NCBI GenBank assembly: GCA_035553215.1
Contig: DATNDS010000052.1
Span: forward strand, 17,786-81,785
DNA from: Gemmatimonadaceae bacterium
GTDB taxonomy: Bacteria; Gemmatimonadota; Gemmatimonadetes; Gemmatimonadales; Gemmatimonadaceae
Direction of reading: 5' to 3'
Length of the DNA: 64,000 nt
Shown: positions 39,841 to 49,489 of the stretch, piece by piece
Position numbering within the stretch: the first letter of the stretch is position 1
How the letters are laid out: every line of letters starts with the position of its first letter
Program-made: the position numbers and the translations under genes
Notes under the pieces: generated by a model
What the model saw: the letters and a program-made list of their open reading frames with translations, nothing else
What the model was told of the DNA's origin: nothing
Database searches by the model: none

Positions 39841-41559
39841 TCAGTAGTCCTGGTTCCCCACCAGGAGCTTCTGTCCTGCCCGCAGGTAGTCACCCTGGAT
39901 GCCGTTCAGCTTCTTGAGGGCCGCCACCGTGGTGTCGTTGTCGCGCGCGATGGACGTCAGGGTTTCGCCCTGACGCACGACGTGAACGTCGCCGCTCGAG
40001 GCCGCTGCCGGCCGCGCATTATGGCGCGAGGTTGAAGCCCCGCGGCTCGCCGTCGTGTGGTGCGTCCTGCGCGGCGACCCTCTGATGACGATGACCTGAC
40101 CGGGGAAGATCATGCTCTTCCTGAGTCCATTGAGCCGCATGAGCGTGGGCACTGTCGTGTGATAGTGGCGGGCGATGAGTCCGAGAGACTCGCCGCGCCG
40201 CACGACGTGCGACACCGTGCCCCTGCTGGACGATCCGTAGCGTTCAATGGAAGGATCCGGGACATCGCGGGCAGCGGCCACGACGGCGTCGGACGGGAAG
40301 ATCACGGTCTGCCCGCCGGCGAGATGGCCCCTTCGATTGGGCTTGAGCCTGGGGTTGTACCAGCTCAACTGCTTTACCGTGACGCCGGCGCGGCGCGCGA
40401 GCGCGAGCAGCGTCTCGTTGCGCCGCGTCTCATGGCGCGAGTATGCCACCCTGGCCTCGCGCGGGAGCGCGGCGAAGAGGGAATCGAAATTCGCGGCGGC
40501 ACCCACCGGCACTCGCACGAAGAACGAATCGCCCGGCGGCGTCATCCCACGCAGGACCTCGGGATTCAGGCTGGTGATGGTCCCTGTCGCCGAGCCGCTG
40601 GCGCGTGCGACCGCGGCGAGCGGCGTCGCCGGGCCCACGCGCACCGAATCGTAGACGTACGCCGAGTCGTAATGCGGATTGAAACCGTACTGGCTGGGGT
40701 CCTTCGCGACGAGTGCGGCGGCAATGAGGCGCGGCACGTAGTCCCGGGTTTCGGCGCGCAGATAATCCTTGTCCGCGAGCGCGAAAAAGGCGTCGTTGCC
40801 CGACTGTCCCTCGAGCTCATCGGCGTAGCGGCTGAGGCCGCGCGACACGCGCCCCGGCCCTCCGTTGTAGGCGGCGGCCGCGAGGTACAGGGAGCCGAAC
40901 TGTTCGTTCAGATAGCCGAGGAACTTGACGGCGCCGTCGGTGGATCGCACCGGATCGCGACGCTCGTCCACCCACCAGTCCACACGCAACCCCACACCAC
41001 GCGCGGTGCTCGCCATGAACTGCCAGATGCCGACGGCGGCGGCACGCGAGTATGCGTCCGGATCGTAGCCGCTTTCGATCAGCGCCAGGTACGTCAGATC
41101 CTCGGGCAGGCCCGCCGCGTGCAACTTGCTGCGAATCATCGCGTCGTACCGGCCGCTGCGATCGATCCACTGTTCGAACCGGTCGTGCGCCGCGTGCTGA
41201 TAGCGATCCACGAAGTAGGCGACGCGACTGTGCGTCTCGTACGAGTGCACGTCGATGTCCCAGGTCGGCTCCGAATCCGCAGGGGGCGCCGAATCCGTCG
41301 GGGGTGATGCCGTGTCGCCGAAGATGTTGAGCGCCTCGCTGGTCAGATCGTGCTGGGCGACCCTCGAGGTATCGGAGGCGCTGATGGAGTCCGCGGCGCG
41401 CTGCGCCAGCATGCTGTCCACGGCTGCCGACGTTGCGGCGGAGATCTTGGGCGCGGGCGCCGGATTGGGGCGTGCGGAGTGACAGGCGGCGGTCGCCAGC
41501 AGGGCCACCCACCAGAGACGGGAGAGATTCACGACGCGGCCGCGGGTGGAAGAGGACAT
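39841..41559 (-). CDS. MltD-like membrane-bound lytic murein transglycosylase with three LysM domains
   Basis: SLT block [26 protein letters not shown]. Three C-terminal LysM repeats (e.g. [27 protein letters not shown]). Confidence 0.85.
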   Translation of the reverse strand: MSSSTRGRVVNLSRLWWVALLATAACHSARPNPAPAPKISAATSAAVDSMLAQRAADSISASDTSRVAQHDLTSEALNIFGDTASPPTDSAPPADSEPTWDIDVHSYETHSRVAYFVDRYQHAAHDRFEQWIDRSGRYDAMIRSKLHAAGLPEDLTYLALIESGYDPDAYSRAAAVGIWQFMASTARGVGLRVDWWVDERRDPVRSTDGAVKFLGYLNEQFGSLYLAAAAYNGGPGRVSRGLSRYADELEGQSGNDAFFALADKDYLRAETRDYVPRLIAAALVAKDPSQYGFNPHYDSAYVYDSVRVGPATPLAAVARASGSATGTITSLNPEVLRGMTPPGDSFFVRVPVGAAANFDSLFAALPREARVAYSRHETRRNETLLALARRAGVTVKQLSWYNPRLKPNRRGHLAGGQTVIFPSDAVVAAARDVPDPSIERYGSSSRGTVSHVVRRGESLGLIARHYHTTVPTLMRLNGLRKSMIFPGQVIVIRGSPRRTHHTTASRGASTSRHNARPAAASSGDVHVVRQGETLTSIARDNDTTVAALKKLNGIQGDYLRAGQKLLVGNQDY

Positions 41560-41580
41560 GAAGGCGTTCGGCGAAAAGAG

Positions 41581-42030
41581 TCAGCGCGTGGCGATGAAGT
41601 TGCCCAGGACGCGATTGGTGGCCGAGAGCACGGCCAGCACGGCGCCACGCACCGGGTCGTTCTCGACCAGGCAGGATCCGAGCAGCCTGGACGGTCCGTC
41701 CCGGCGATTGGCCACCGACACGATGACCACGGTCGCATCGAAAGCGCGAATGGCCTTCACGCCAACGAGCTCGAACACCATGCCGCCCTCGGAAAACGCT
41801 TCGATCGCGCGGAGCGCTGCGTCCGCCGCGACCCGGAGATCGACGGTGGCGCTCGACGGGCCGTGCGCCGTGCCGGTGACACGCAGTCCGTCAATCCATT
41901 CCAGTTCCACTTCGGCGTGGCAATGCCCATCGGCACCACGGGAAAACCGGAATGCGGTGAAACGCAGACGTTCACGTCTGCCGTGCAGCGCGGGAGCGGG
42001 AGTGTCGCTTGCGGTCTGAATCTGCGTCAT
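41581..42030 (-). CDS. hypothetical protein (149 aa), co-oriented with and immediately upstream of the MltD-like gene
   Basis: Inner part of track ORF 41581..42108, starting MTQIQTASDT.... Codon usage is genome-typical. No family recognised. Confidence 0.5.
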   Translation of the reverse strand: MTQIQTASDTPAPALHGRRERLRFTAFRFSRGADGHCHAEVELEWIDGLRVTGTAHGPSSATVDLRVAADAALRAIEAFSEGGMVFELVGVKAIRAFDATVVIVSVANRRDGPSRLLGSCLVENDPVRGAVLAVLSATNRVLGNFIATR

Positions 42031-42152
42031 GAAGACAGGTCTGGGGGTCCCGCGCAAACTGAGTGATGCGCCGACAATACGCAACACGATCCAGAGCGGC
42101 GGACGCAACCACGCGCTGGCGATTGCGCCGGCACGGTCTATATTCGCGTGTC

Positions 42153-43043
42153 ATGCATGCATTTCTGATGGTGCTCGCGCTCGCCGGCGGCGTGATGCAT
42201 GACGACTCGCTCGCGGCGCGCCTTCGCTCCCGTATCGCCGCGGTGCCCGGTGCCGAGGTGGCGGTGTCCTTTCGCTATCCCGGCCACGCGGACTCGCTCG
42301 ACATCAACGCGCGCACGATGATTCACGCCGCGAGCACCATGAAGGTGCCGGTCATGATCGAGCTGTTTCGCCAGGTGGACGGCGGCGGCCTCTCGCTCGA
42401 TCAGCGCATTCTGCTCGTGAATCAGTTCGGATCCATCGTGGACGGCTCGCTCTATTCGCTGAACAGGGCGGATGATTCGGACAGCTCGCTGTATGCGCGG
42501 ACCGGCGAGCGCATCAGCGTGCGCGAGCTCATGGACCTCATGATCACGCGGTCCAGCAACCTGGCCACGAACGCGCTCATCGCGCTCGTTGGCGCGCAAC
42601 GGACCACAGAGGCCATGCGCTCGCTCGGCGCGAACCAGATCCAGGTGCTGCGCGGCGTCGAGGACGAAAAGGCCTTCGAGCACGGCATGAACAACATGAC
42701 GACGTCGGCCGACCTGGCGACCATCATGCAGGCGATTCTGCAGGACCGCGCGGCGTCACCGAAGAGCTGCGCCGCCATGCGCGACATCCTGCTGCACCAG
42801 GAGTTCAGCGCCGAGATCCCGGCCGGCTTGCCGCCGGGCACACCCGTGGCGCACAAGACGGGGTGGATCACGGGCCATCTGCACGACGCGGCCATCGTGT
42901 ATCCTCGAGGGGCCGATCCGTACGTCCTTGTCGTGATGACGCGCGGCATTCCCGATGAGACCGTTGCGCGCGCGCTCATCGTGGACATCTCGCGCATGGT
43001 GTACGCGCACGTCATGGCCGAGGCGCACGCGCGGGCAGCCTGA
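42153..43043 (+). CDS. class A beta-lactamase-related serine hydrolase
   Basis: The S-x-x-K (ASTMK), S-x-N (RSSNLATN) and K-T-G (HKTGWI) motifs occur in the correct order. Confidence 0.8.
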   Translation: MHAFLMVLALAGGVMHDDSLAARLRSRIAAVPGAEVAVSFRYPGHADSLDINARTMIHAASTMKVPVMIELFRQVDGGGLSLDQRILLVNQFGSIVDGSLYSLNRADDSDSSLYARTGERISVRELMDLMITRSSNLATNALIALVGAQRTTEAMRSLGANQIQVLRGVEDEKAFEHGMNNMTTSADLATIMQAILQDRAASPKSCAAMRDILLHQEFSAEIPAGLPPGTPVAHKTGWITGHLHDAAIVYPRGADPYVLVVMTRGIPDETVARALIVDISRMVYAHVMAEAHARAA

Positions 43044-43170
43044 GCGCGCGCTGCCCTTGTGCGCGACGGCGTACGGCGCCATGCTGCATTATTGTATGGC
43101 GTCCCATAGGTAGCCCGGCCTCGTGACCGGATCGGGGCGCATGGTTGCGCGTTCCCGAACCTGGCACTCC

Positions 43171-44862
43171 ATGGACACGACTGGCGCTCCCCTGCACCGC
43201 GCGGCGGCCGACGATCGCCGCCTGCGCCGTGACATCGGCATCATCGGCCTCCTCTTCACCGCCGTCGGCTCGATCATTGGATCGGGCTGGCTCTTTGGCG
43301 CGCTGGCGGCATCACAGATCTCGGGGCCGGCATCCATCTTCGCCTGGGCCATCGGCGGCGTGATGATCATCCTCATCGGCCTCTGTTACGCGGAGCTGGG
43401 CACCATGTTTCCGGTTTCCGGCGGGGTGGTGCGCTTCCCGCACTACGCCTTCGGCTCATTCGCCAGCTACACGCTCGGCTGGATCACCTGGCTCGCGGTG
43501 GCCTCCACCACCTCCATCGAGGTGGAAGCGGCGCTGCAGTACGCCACGAACTACATCCCGTGGCTGCAGCACCTGAGCAACGGCGTGCCGGTGCTCACCG
43601 GCGCCGGCTTTGCCGTGGCCGCCGCCCTGCTCGCCCTGTTCAGCCTGATCAACGTCATTGGCATTCGCTGGTTCGCACGATTGAACAACGCGCTCGTCTG
43701 GTGGAAACTCGGCATCATCACGCTCGTGATCATCGCGTTCCTGGTCACCGTGTTCCACCCGGGCAATTTCAATCACGCCCAGGCCGGCGGCTTCATGCCG
43801 TTCGGCTGGAGCGGCGTGTTCTCCTCCATCGCCACCGCCGGAATCGTCTTCTCGTACCTCGGCTTCCGCCAGGGCGTGGAACTCGCGGGCGAAACGCGCC
43901 ATCCGCAGCGCAACGTGCCGATCGCCATCATCGGGTCGGTCGTGATCACGGGAATCATTTACGTCCTGCTCCAGGTCGCGTTCGTCGGAGCCCTCCCGCC
44001 GGACGCGCTGGCGGGCGGCTGGGCGCATATCGGCACGAGCTTCACCGGAGGACTGGATCATCTCGCCGCCACGTACGGGCCCCTGGCCGCGCTCGCCAGC
44101 GCCATGGGACTCACCTGGCTCGCCGTGCTGCTCTACATCGATGCGTTCATCTCGCCCGCGGATACGGGACTGATCTACACCACGGTCACGGCGCGGATCT
44201 CCTACGCCATGGGGCGCAACGGCAACGTGCCGCGGGCACTGGCGCGCGTGAATGCCCGCGGAGTGCCCTGGGTGAGCGTCATTCTGACCTTCGTGGTCGG
44301 GCTCATTTTCTTCCTGCCCTTCCCCGGCTGGCAGAAGCTCGTAGGCTTCGTGACCTCCGCGACGGTGCTGTCATTCGGCTCCGGACCGCTGGCGCTCGTG
44401 TCCATGCGGAAGCAGATCCCGCGTCAGGATCGTCCCTTCCGGCTGCCCGCCGTCGTGACCATTGCGTATCTCGCGTTTCTGTCGTCCAACCTCATCGTGT
44501 ACTGGTCGGGATGGGACACCGACTGGAAGCTCTTCGTGGCGGTGCTCATTGGCTACGTGGTGCTCGTGACGTACGAGATCCGCCATCACGACAGCACCCC
44601 GCCCATGGAATTCCGCTCGGGCGCGTGGGTGCTCGTCTGGCTGGCCGGCCTCGCGATCCTCAGCTTCATCGGCTCCTATCCCGATCTGAGCCATCACGCC
44701 GGCAACCGCGGTATCCTCGGCTTCGGCTGGGCGATTCTCGTCATTGCCGTGTTCTCCGCGCTGATCATGTGGATGGCCGTGGCGCTCCGGCTTCCGACCA
44801 CGCGCGTGGAGAGCCATCTGCAGGAGACGCCGGCCGAGCCGGAAGCGGTCACGGTGGGATAG
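43171..44862 (+). CDS. APC family amino acid permease
   Basis: LLFTAVGSIIGSGWLFGA N-terminal motif and about 12 TM helices. Confidence 0.85.
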   Translation: MDTTGAPLHRAAADDRRLRRDIGIIGLLFTAVGSIIGSGWLFGALAASQISGPASIFAWAIGGVMIILIGLCYAELGTMFPVSGGVVRFPHYAFGSFASYTLGWITWLAVASTTSIEVEAALQYATNYIPWLQHLSNGVPVLTGAGFAVAAALLALFSLINVIGIRWFARLNNALVWWKLGIITLVIIAFLVTVFHPGNFNHAQAGGFMPFGWSGVFSSIATAGIVFSYLGFRQGVELAGETRHPQRNVPIAIIGSVVITGIIYVLLQVAFVGALPPDALAGGWAHIGTSFTGGLDHLAATYGPLAALASAMGLTWLAVLLYIDAFISPADTGLIYTTVTARISYAMGRNGNVPRALARVNARGVPWVSVILTFVVGLIFFLPFPGWQKLVGFVTSATVLSFGSGPLALVSMRKQIPRQDRPFRLPAVVTIAYLAFLSSNLIVYWSGWDTDWKLFVAVLIGYVVLVTYEIRHHDSTPPMEFRSGAWVLVWLAGLAILSFIGSYPDLSHHAGNRGILGFGWAILVIAVFSALIMWMAVALRLPTTRVESHLQETPAEPEAVTVG

Positions 44863-45053
44863 CGTCGCGCCGCCTGAGTGCCCCGAGCGGACCGACGCAG
44901 ACGCCCCATTGCAGGCGCTCCCAACGATTGGCATCATCTCCGCGTAGATTTTTTGAATGCGGTACCGGCCGCCGGATCAGCCGGCTATCGCCATCGCCCC
45001 GCGGGCGCGAGTCTCCACGCCGTCTCTCCCACTCCTTCTCCCTCTCCTCGCCC

Positions 45054-48000
45054 ATGCGACATCTGTCACTTGTGTCCACGCTGCTGGCCGTGCTCACGGC
45101 CGCGGCACCACCGCTCGTGGCGCAGCAGGCGGCGGCGCCGAGTGCGCCCGAGGCGGCGTCCCGTCTCGATTCTGTCACGCTCGCCGGCATGGCCTGGCGA
45201 AACATCGGACCCGCGAACATGGGCGGGCGCGTGGCGGATATCGTCGGCATTCCGAGCCCGTCCAAGACGTTCTACGTCGCCGCCGCCGGCGGCGGCATCT
45301 GGAAGACGACCAATGCGGGCACCACGTTCCGCCCGATTTTCGAGCACGAACGCGTGGTGTCCATGGGCGCGCTCGCCATTGCGCCATCCGATACGAACAT
45401 CGTATGGGCCGGCACCGGCGAACAGAACTCGCGCAACTCCATCATGCCCGGCGGCGGCATCTACAAGAGCACCGATGGGGGAATGCGCTGGCAGCTCATG
45501 GGTCTCGAGGAAACACAGCAGATCGCGCGCATCGTCGTGGATCCGCGCAATGCCGATGTCGTCTACGTCGCGGCGCTGGGACATGCGTGGGGGACCAACA
45601 AGGAACGCGGGCTGTACAAGACGACCGACGGCGGGAAGAGCTGGAAGCTCATCAAGTTCGTGAGCGACCGGGCAGGATTCATTGACGTCGCCATGGACCC
45701 GAAGGACCCGAACACGCTCTATGCGTCCAGCTATGAGCGCATCCGCACGCCATGGTCGTACACCAGTGGAGGCCCGGGGAGCGCGCTCTGGAAGACCACC
45801 GACGCCGGCGCCACCTGGACCAAAATCGAGGGCGGCGGATTTCCGGCCACGCAGCTTGGCCGCATCGGCATCGCCATTTCCATCAGCAATCCGAACATCG
45901 TGTACGCGCTCGTGGAGGCCGACTCGGTGCGGGGCGGGAAGGCGCCGTTCCAGGTGCCGTTGAGCGATTCGGCCAACGCCAAGGCATCGCGGGCCAACCG
46001 GCTGCTCAGCGGACTCTATCGCTCGGATGACGCCGGGAAGACATGGCGCTGGATGAACGACAAGGATGTCCGGCCGTTCTACTACTCGCAGGTGCGCGTT
46101 GACCCGCAGGATCCCGATCGCGTGTACTGGTCGTCCACGCCGGTCAACTTCTCGACCGACGGCGGCAAGACGGTGCGCAATGCGACCCAGGGCATTCACG
46201 TGGACCATCATGCGATGTGGATCGATCCCAAGGATCCGCAGCACTTCGTGGTGGGAGATGACGGCGGCGTGTCGCAGACCTGGGATCGCGGCGGCAACTT
46301 CGACTTTCTCGACGTGCTGCCAATCGGTCAGTTCTACGAGGTCACGTATGACATGGCGGTTCCCTACCGCGTCTGCGGCGGGCTGCAGGACAATGGCAGT
46401 TGGTGCGGGCCGAGCCGCAAGCAGAACGGCGGCATCGCGAATTCCGACTGGTTCACCGTTGGCGGCGGCGATGGATTCTATACCGCGCAGGATCCGACCA
46501 ACCCGAACATCATCTACGCCGAGTCGCAGGGTGGCGCCATCGGCCGGATGGACTACTCCACGGGAGAGCGCAGCCAGGTGGTGAAGCCGGAATGGCGCCC
46601 GCAGTACACCCAGATCGAGGACTCGATCCTGATCGCACGCGGCGACACCACGAAGCCCGAGTCCAAGGATGTGAAGAAGCGCGTCACGGCGCTGCGCGCG
46701 CAGCAGAAGATGGATTCCGTCGCGCTCGACATGCGGTACAACTGGGACACGCCGTACTTCATCTCGCCGCACTCGCCCAGCACGCTCTACATTGGCGGGA
46801 ACCGCGTGCTCAAGTCGACAAATCGCGGCGACGACGTCTATCCGATCTCGCCCGATCTGTCCACGCAGGACTGGGCGAAGATCAACGTGAGCATCAAGAC
46901 CACCGGCGGCATTACCAACGACGCCACCGGCGCGGAAACCTACGGCACGATCACCACGCTCGCCGAATCTCCGGTGCGGCCGGGACTGCTGTACGCGGGG
47001 ACGGATGACGGCAACTTCTGGCTCACCCGGAACGATGGCGCGACGTGGGAGAACCTCACCGGCCGTTTCCCGGGCCTGCCGCCAAAGACCTACGTCGTGC
47101 GCGTCGAGCCGTCGCACTTCGACACGACGACGTTCTACGTGGCGTTCGACAATCACCGCACGAACGATTTCAAGCCGTACCTGTACGTCACGACCGACTT
47201 CGGCAAGTCGTTCCATTCGATCGTCAACAACCTGCCCACGGGCGGGCCGGACTTCCTGCACGTGATCCGGGAAGACCCGGTTTCGCGCGACCTGCTCTTC
47301 GCAGGTACCGATGTGGGAGCCTACGTGTCGCTGGACCGTGGCGCGCACTGGCAGCGGTTCATGACCGATCTGCCCACGGTTCCGGTGCACGATCTCAAGA
47401 TTCAGCCGCGGGATCATGAACTGATCGCGGCGACGCACGGACGGGGCATCTGGATCGTGGACATCGCGCCGCTGGAGCAGATGGCCGAGAGCGCGATTGC
47501 TTCGGGGCCGCATCTCTTCCAGCCAACGATGGCGTTCGAGTACGGCGAGGCCCCGGGCGCCAACGTGGACAACGGCCAGCAGCACTTCGAGGCGCGCAGT
47601 GCGCCGTACGGCGCGAGCATTGCCTACCTGCTCACGAGCGGCCAGCGCAGCGATACCGCAAAGGTGGTGATCACCAACGTGCAGGGCGACACGCTGTCGA
47701 CGCTCACCGGCCCCGGTACGCCGGGTCTGCACTACGTCACCTGGAACTTCCGCGGCAAGGCAGCGCCGTCGCCAAAGCTCTCGCCAGCCGGCGTGCGGGA
47801 CAGCATCATCGCGGCGCGGAAGATGGATCACGTCTTCGATTCACTCGCGACGGCGGGGGTGGCGTCCAAGACCGCGCTCGACCGGCTGAAGAAGCAGCTC
47901 GCCAGCGGCGAAGGATTCGGGGCGTTTTTCCGCCGCAACGGCGGCCCATCCGGACAGTTCAATCCCCGGCCGGCGGAAAGCCCGGCACCACGGGCCGCTG

Positions 48001-48359
48001 GTGCGCGCGGCCGTCGTGGCGGACCCGGCGCTCCCGGTGCAGCGCCAGGCGCGGAACCCGGCGACACGACCAACGCCCGCGTCAGGCGCCAGGGCGGCGC
48101 CGGTGGCGCTCCGGGCGCGAGCGAGGAGATCGACCGGGATGCGTTGGGTGACATCTTCGGTGCGCTGCGCAGCAGCGGCGCGCTCACCCGAGGCTTCGGC
48201 GGCAGAGGCCGTGGTGCGCCCATCGTCGAAACCGGCGACTATCTCGTTACGCTGACCGTGAATGGCAAGTCGCAGCAGCGTCCGTTGCGCGTGGTCCGCG
48301 TGAGCGGTGGAAGCGACACCGCCGTCATTACCGGGGAGAACGAAGAGCTGGATCCCTGA
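45054..48359 (+). CDS. secreted BNR/Asp-box repeat (sortilin/VPS10-like, glycosyl-hydrolase-like) protein
   Basis: Inner part of the 1599-aa track ORF. Signal peptide MRHLSLVSTLLAVLTAAAPPLVAQ. Repeated S/T-x-D-x-G-x-T/S-W boxes (STDGGMRW, TTDGGKSW, TTDAGATW, SDDAGKTW, RNDGATW) and a Gly/Ala/Pro-rich C-terminal tail. Confidence 0.85.
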   Translation: MRHLSLVSTLLAVLTAAAPPLVAQQAAAPSAPEAASRLDSVTLAGMAWRNIGPANMGGRVADIVGIPSPSKTFYVAAAGGGIWKTTNAGTTFRPIFEHERVVSMGALAIAPSDTNIVWAGTGEQNSRNSIMPGGGIYKSTDGGMRWQLMGLEETQQIARIVVDPRNADVVYVAALGHAWGTNKERGLYKTTDGGKSWKLIKFVSDRAGFIDVAMDPKDPNTLYASSYERIRTPWSYTSGGPGSALWKTTDAGATWTKIEGGGFPATQLGRIGIAISISNPNIVYALVEADSVRGGKAPFQVPLSDSANAKASRANRLLSGLYRSDDAGKTWRWMNDKDVRPFYYSQVRVDPQDPDRVYWSSTPVNFSTDGGKTVRNATQGIHVDHHAMWIDPKDPQHFVVGDDGGVSQTWDRGGNFDFLDVLPIGQFYEVTYDMAVPYRVCGGLQDNGSWCGPSRKQNGGIANSDWFTVGGGDGFYTAQDPTNPNIIYAESQGGAIGRMDYSTGERSQVVKPEWRPQYTQIEDSILIARGDTTKPESKDVKKRVTALRAQQKMDSVALDMRYNWDTPYFISPHSPSTLYIGGNRVLKSTNRGDDVYPISPDLSTQDWAKINVSIKTTGGITNDATGAETYGTITTLAESPVRPGLLYAGTDDGNFWLTRNDGATWENLTGRFPGLPPKTYVVRVEPSHFDTTTFYVAFDNHRTNDFKPYLYVTTDFGKSFHSIVNNLPTGGPDFLHVIREDPVSRDLLFAGTDVGAYVSLDRGAHWQRFMTDLPTVPVHDLKIQPRDHELIAATHGRGIWIVDIAPLEQMAESAIASGPHLFQPTMAFEYGEAPGANVDNGQQHFEARSAPYGASIAYLLTSGQRSDTAKVVITNVQGDTLSTLTGPGTPGLHYVTWNFRGKAAPSPKLSPAGVRDSIIAARKMDHVFDSLATAGVASKTALDRLKKQLASGEGFGAFFRRNGGPSGQFNPRPAESPAPRAAGARGRRGGPGAPGAAPGAEPGDTTNARVRRQGGAGGAPGASEEIDRDALGDIFGALRSSGALTRGFGGRGRGAPIVETGDYLVTLTVNGKSQQRPLRVVRVSGGSDTAVITGENEELDP

Positions 48360-48372
48360 CTCGGACGGATAC

Positions 48373-48427
48373 ACGGATGCGACAGCGGGTCAGGCACCGA
48401 CGGTGCCTGACCCGCTGTCGCATCCGT
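48373..48427. terminator. perfect 27+27 bp palindrome directly after the BNR gene stop
   Basis: acggatgcgacagcgggtcaggcaccg a cggtgcctgacccgctgtcgcatccgt. No U-tract. It may be a terminator or a protein-binding site. Confidence 0.55.
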
Positions 48428-48492
48428 GAGTGCATTCGCCTGCGGTGTTGGGCTCGGGCAGGAGATAGAGTAGACTCGACGGGCAAAATACA

Positions 48493-48639
48493 GACAGGAT
48501 TTCCGGGATGTACAGGATTGAACAGGATTGTGGGGAGCCGAGTCCCAACGTTGCAGTTCGTTCGCTGAATGACTGCGACACCTTTGGGAACGGCACCGTG
48601 ATTATCCTGTATCTCCTGACAATCCCGTAAATCCCGTCC
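48493..48639. repeat. MITE-like / structured repeat element, copy 1
   Basis: About 80% identical by eye to 55095-55237. Three ACAGGATT boxes on the left are mirrored by ATCCTGT/AATCCCGT boxes on the right. The shared core is aacaggattgtNgggagccgagNcccaacg...ggaacggcaccgtga. Confidence 0.65.
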
Positions 48640-48670
48640 GGACGTTCGCGGGGACGCAGGTCGCTGCTCG

Positions 48671-49489
48671 CTAGTTTCCGGTGCCGCCGCGGCGACCATT
48701 GCCCTGGAGCGCGAATCGCCAGACGGCATCACCGGTGTCGGGATCGTGAATCCGGTGCGCCTGAACCTGAAATACACGCTCGATCAGATCGCGGGAGACC
48801 TCCGCCGCGGCGGTCGCCACGTGAGCCAGCCGCCCGGCATCCATCACGAAGAACACGTCACCATACTGGAAGGCGACATTCAGATCGTGCAGGATCGCGA
48901 CGATGGTGCAGTCGTGATGAAGCAGTCCGCGCGCGACATCCAGCAGGTGGATCTGATAGTGGACGTCCAGACTCGTCGTCGGTTCGTCGAGGAACAGATA
49001 GGTGTGCTCCGCGCCGCCGCCATCGTTCCAGATCTGGGCCAGAACACGGGCCAGCTGTACCTTCTGCTGCTCGCCGCCCGAGAGTGTCGGATACTGCTGC
49101 CGGCGCTTGTCCTCCATACCCACGAGCGCCAGCGCCTGCTGCACGATGTCACGGTCGCGACGCGACGGAACCCGCTCGTAGTGCGGATACCGTCCCATCA
49201 GCGCCACATCCTCCACCGTGAGCGCAAACGCCAGCTCCACGTGCTGCGACAGGACCGCCCGCTTTCGCGCCAGCTCCATCGCGGAAAAACTGCCCAGGAG
49301 CTGGTCGCCATAGCGCACGTCGCCAGCCGTGGGCTGCAGGAGACCGGTCGCCACGCGCAACAACGTGGACTTCCCCGCCCCATTCGGCCCGAGGATGACG
49401 TTGAAGCGATTCGGCTGGAACCGGGTGGTGATGTCGTGCAGGATCATCGTCCGGTCTACCTGATAGCTCACGCCGCGCAGCTCAACCAT
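48671..49489 (-). CDS. ABC transporter ATP-binding protein (hemin/siderophore/B12 FecE-HmuV type)
   Basis: Walker A GPNGAGKSTLL, signature LSGGEQQKVQLARVL and Walker B LFLDEPT. The internal ATG 49489 is preferred. Confidence 0.85.
   Translation of the reverse strand: MVELRGVSYQVDRTMILHDITTRFQPNRFNVILGPNGAGKSTLLRVATGLLQPTAGDVRYGDQLLGSFSAMELARKRAVLSQHVELAFALTVEDVALMGRYPHYERVPSRRDRDIVQQALALVGMEDKRRQQYPTLSGGEQQKVQLARVLAQIWNDGGGAEHTYLFLDEPTTSLDVHYQIHLLDVARGLLHHDCTIVAILHDLNVAFQYGDVFFVMDAGRLAHVATAAAEVSRDLIERVFQVQAHRIHDPDTGDAVWRFALQGNGRRGGTGN

Noticed and set aside
43560-45053. 5' extensions of real genes in the track. Examples are the 1599-aa ORF 43560..48359, and also 36459..38486, 3896..5458, 31304..32491, 55343..57076, 56797..58080, 57384..58970 and 35318..36169.
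   Set aside because: The upstream parts overlap other well-supported genes in different frames and translate to low-complexity Arg/Pro-rich sequence. Internal starts give canonical N-termini or signal peptides and often ATGA/GTGA coupling.
45066-47831. A 921-aa ORF antisense to the BNR gene. Similar long antisense ORFs occur at 10404..12167, 20643..22160, 25056..26855, 30150..31940, 12049..13395, 9066..10352 and 4199..5431.
   Set aside because: Their translations are Arg/Ala/Gly/His-rich with no recognisable motifs. Each lies opposite a gene with strong family signatures. This is the typical open-antisense-frame artefact of high-GC DNA.
48328-48777. Two ORFs on opposite strands (48377..48568 + and 48328..48777 -) sharing the identical peptide MRQRVRHRRCLTRCRIR, which at first looked like a duplicated small gene.
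   Set aside because: The identity is a trivial consequence of the perfect 55-bp palindrome at 48373-48427. The rest of both ORFs runs through the MITE-like repeat.
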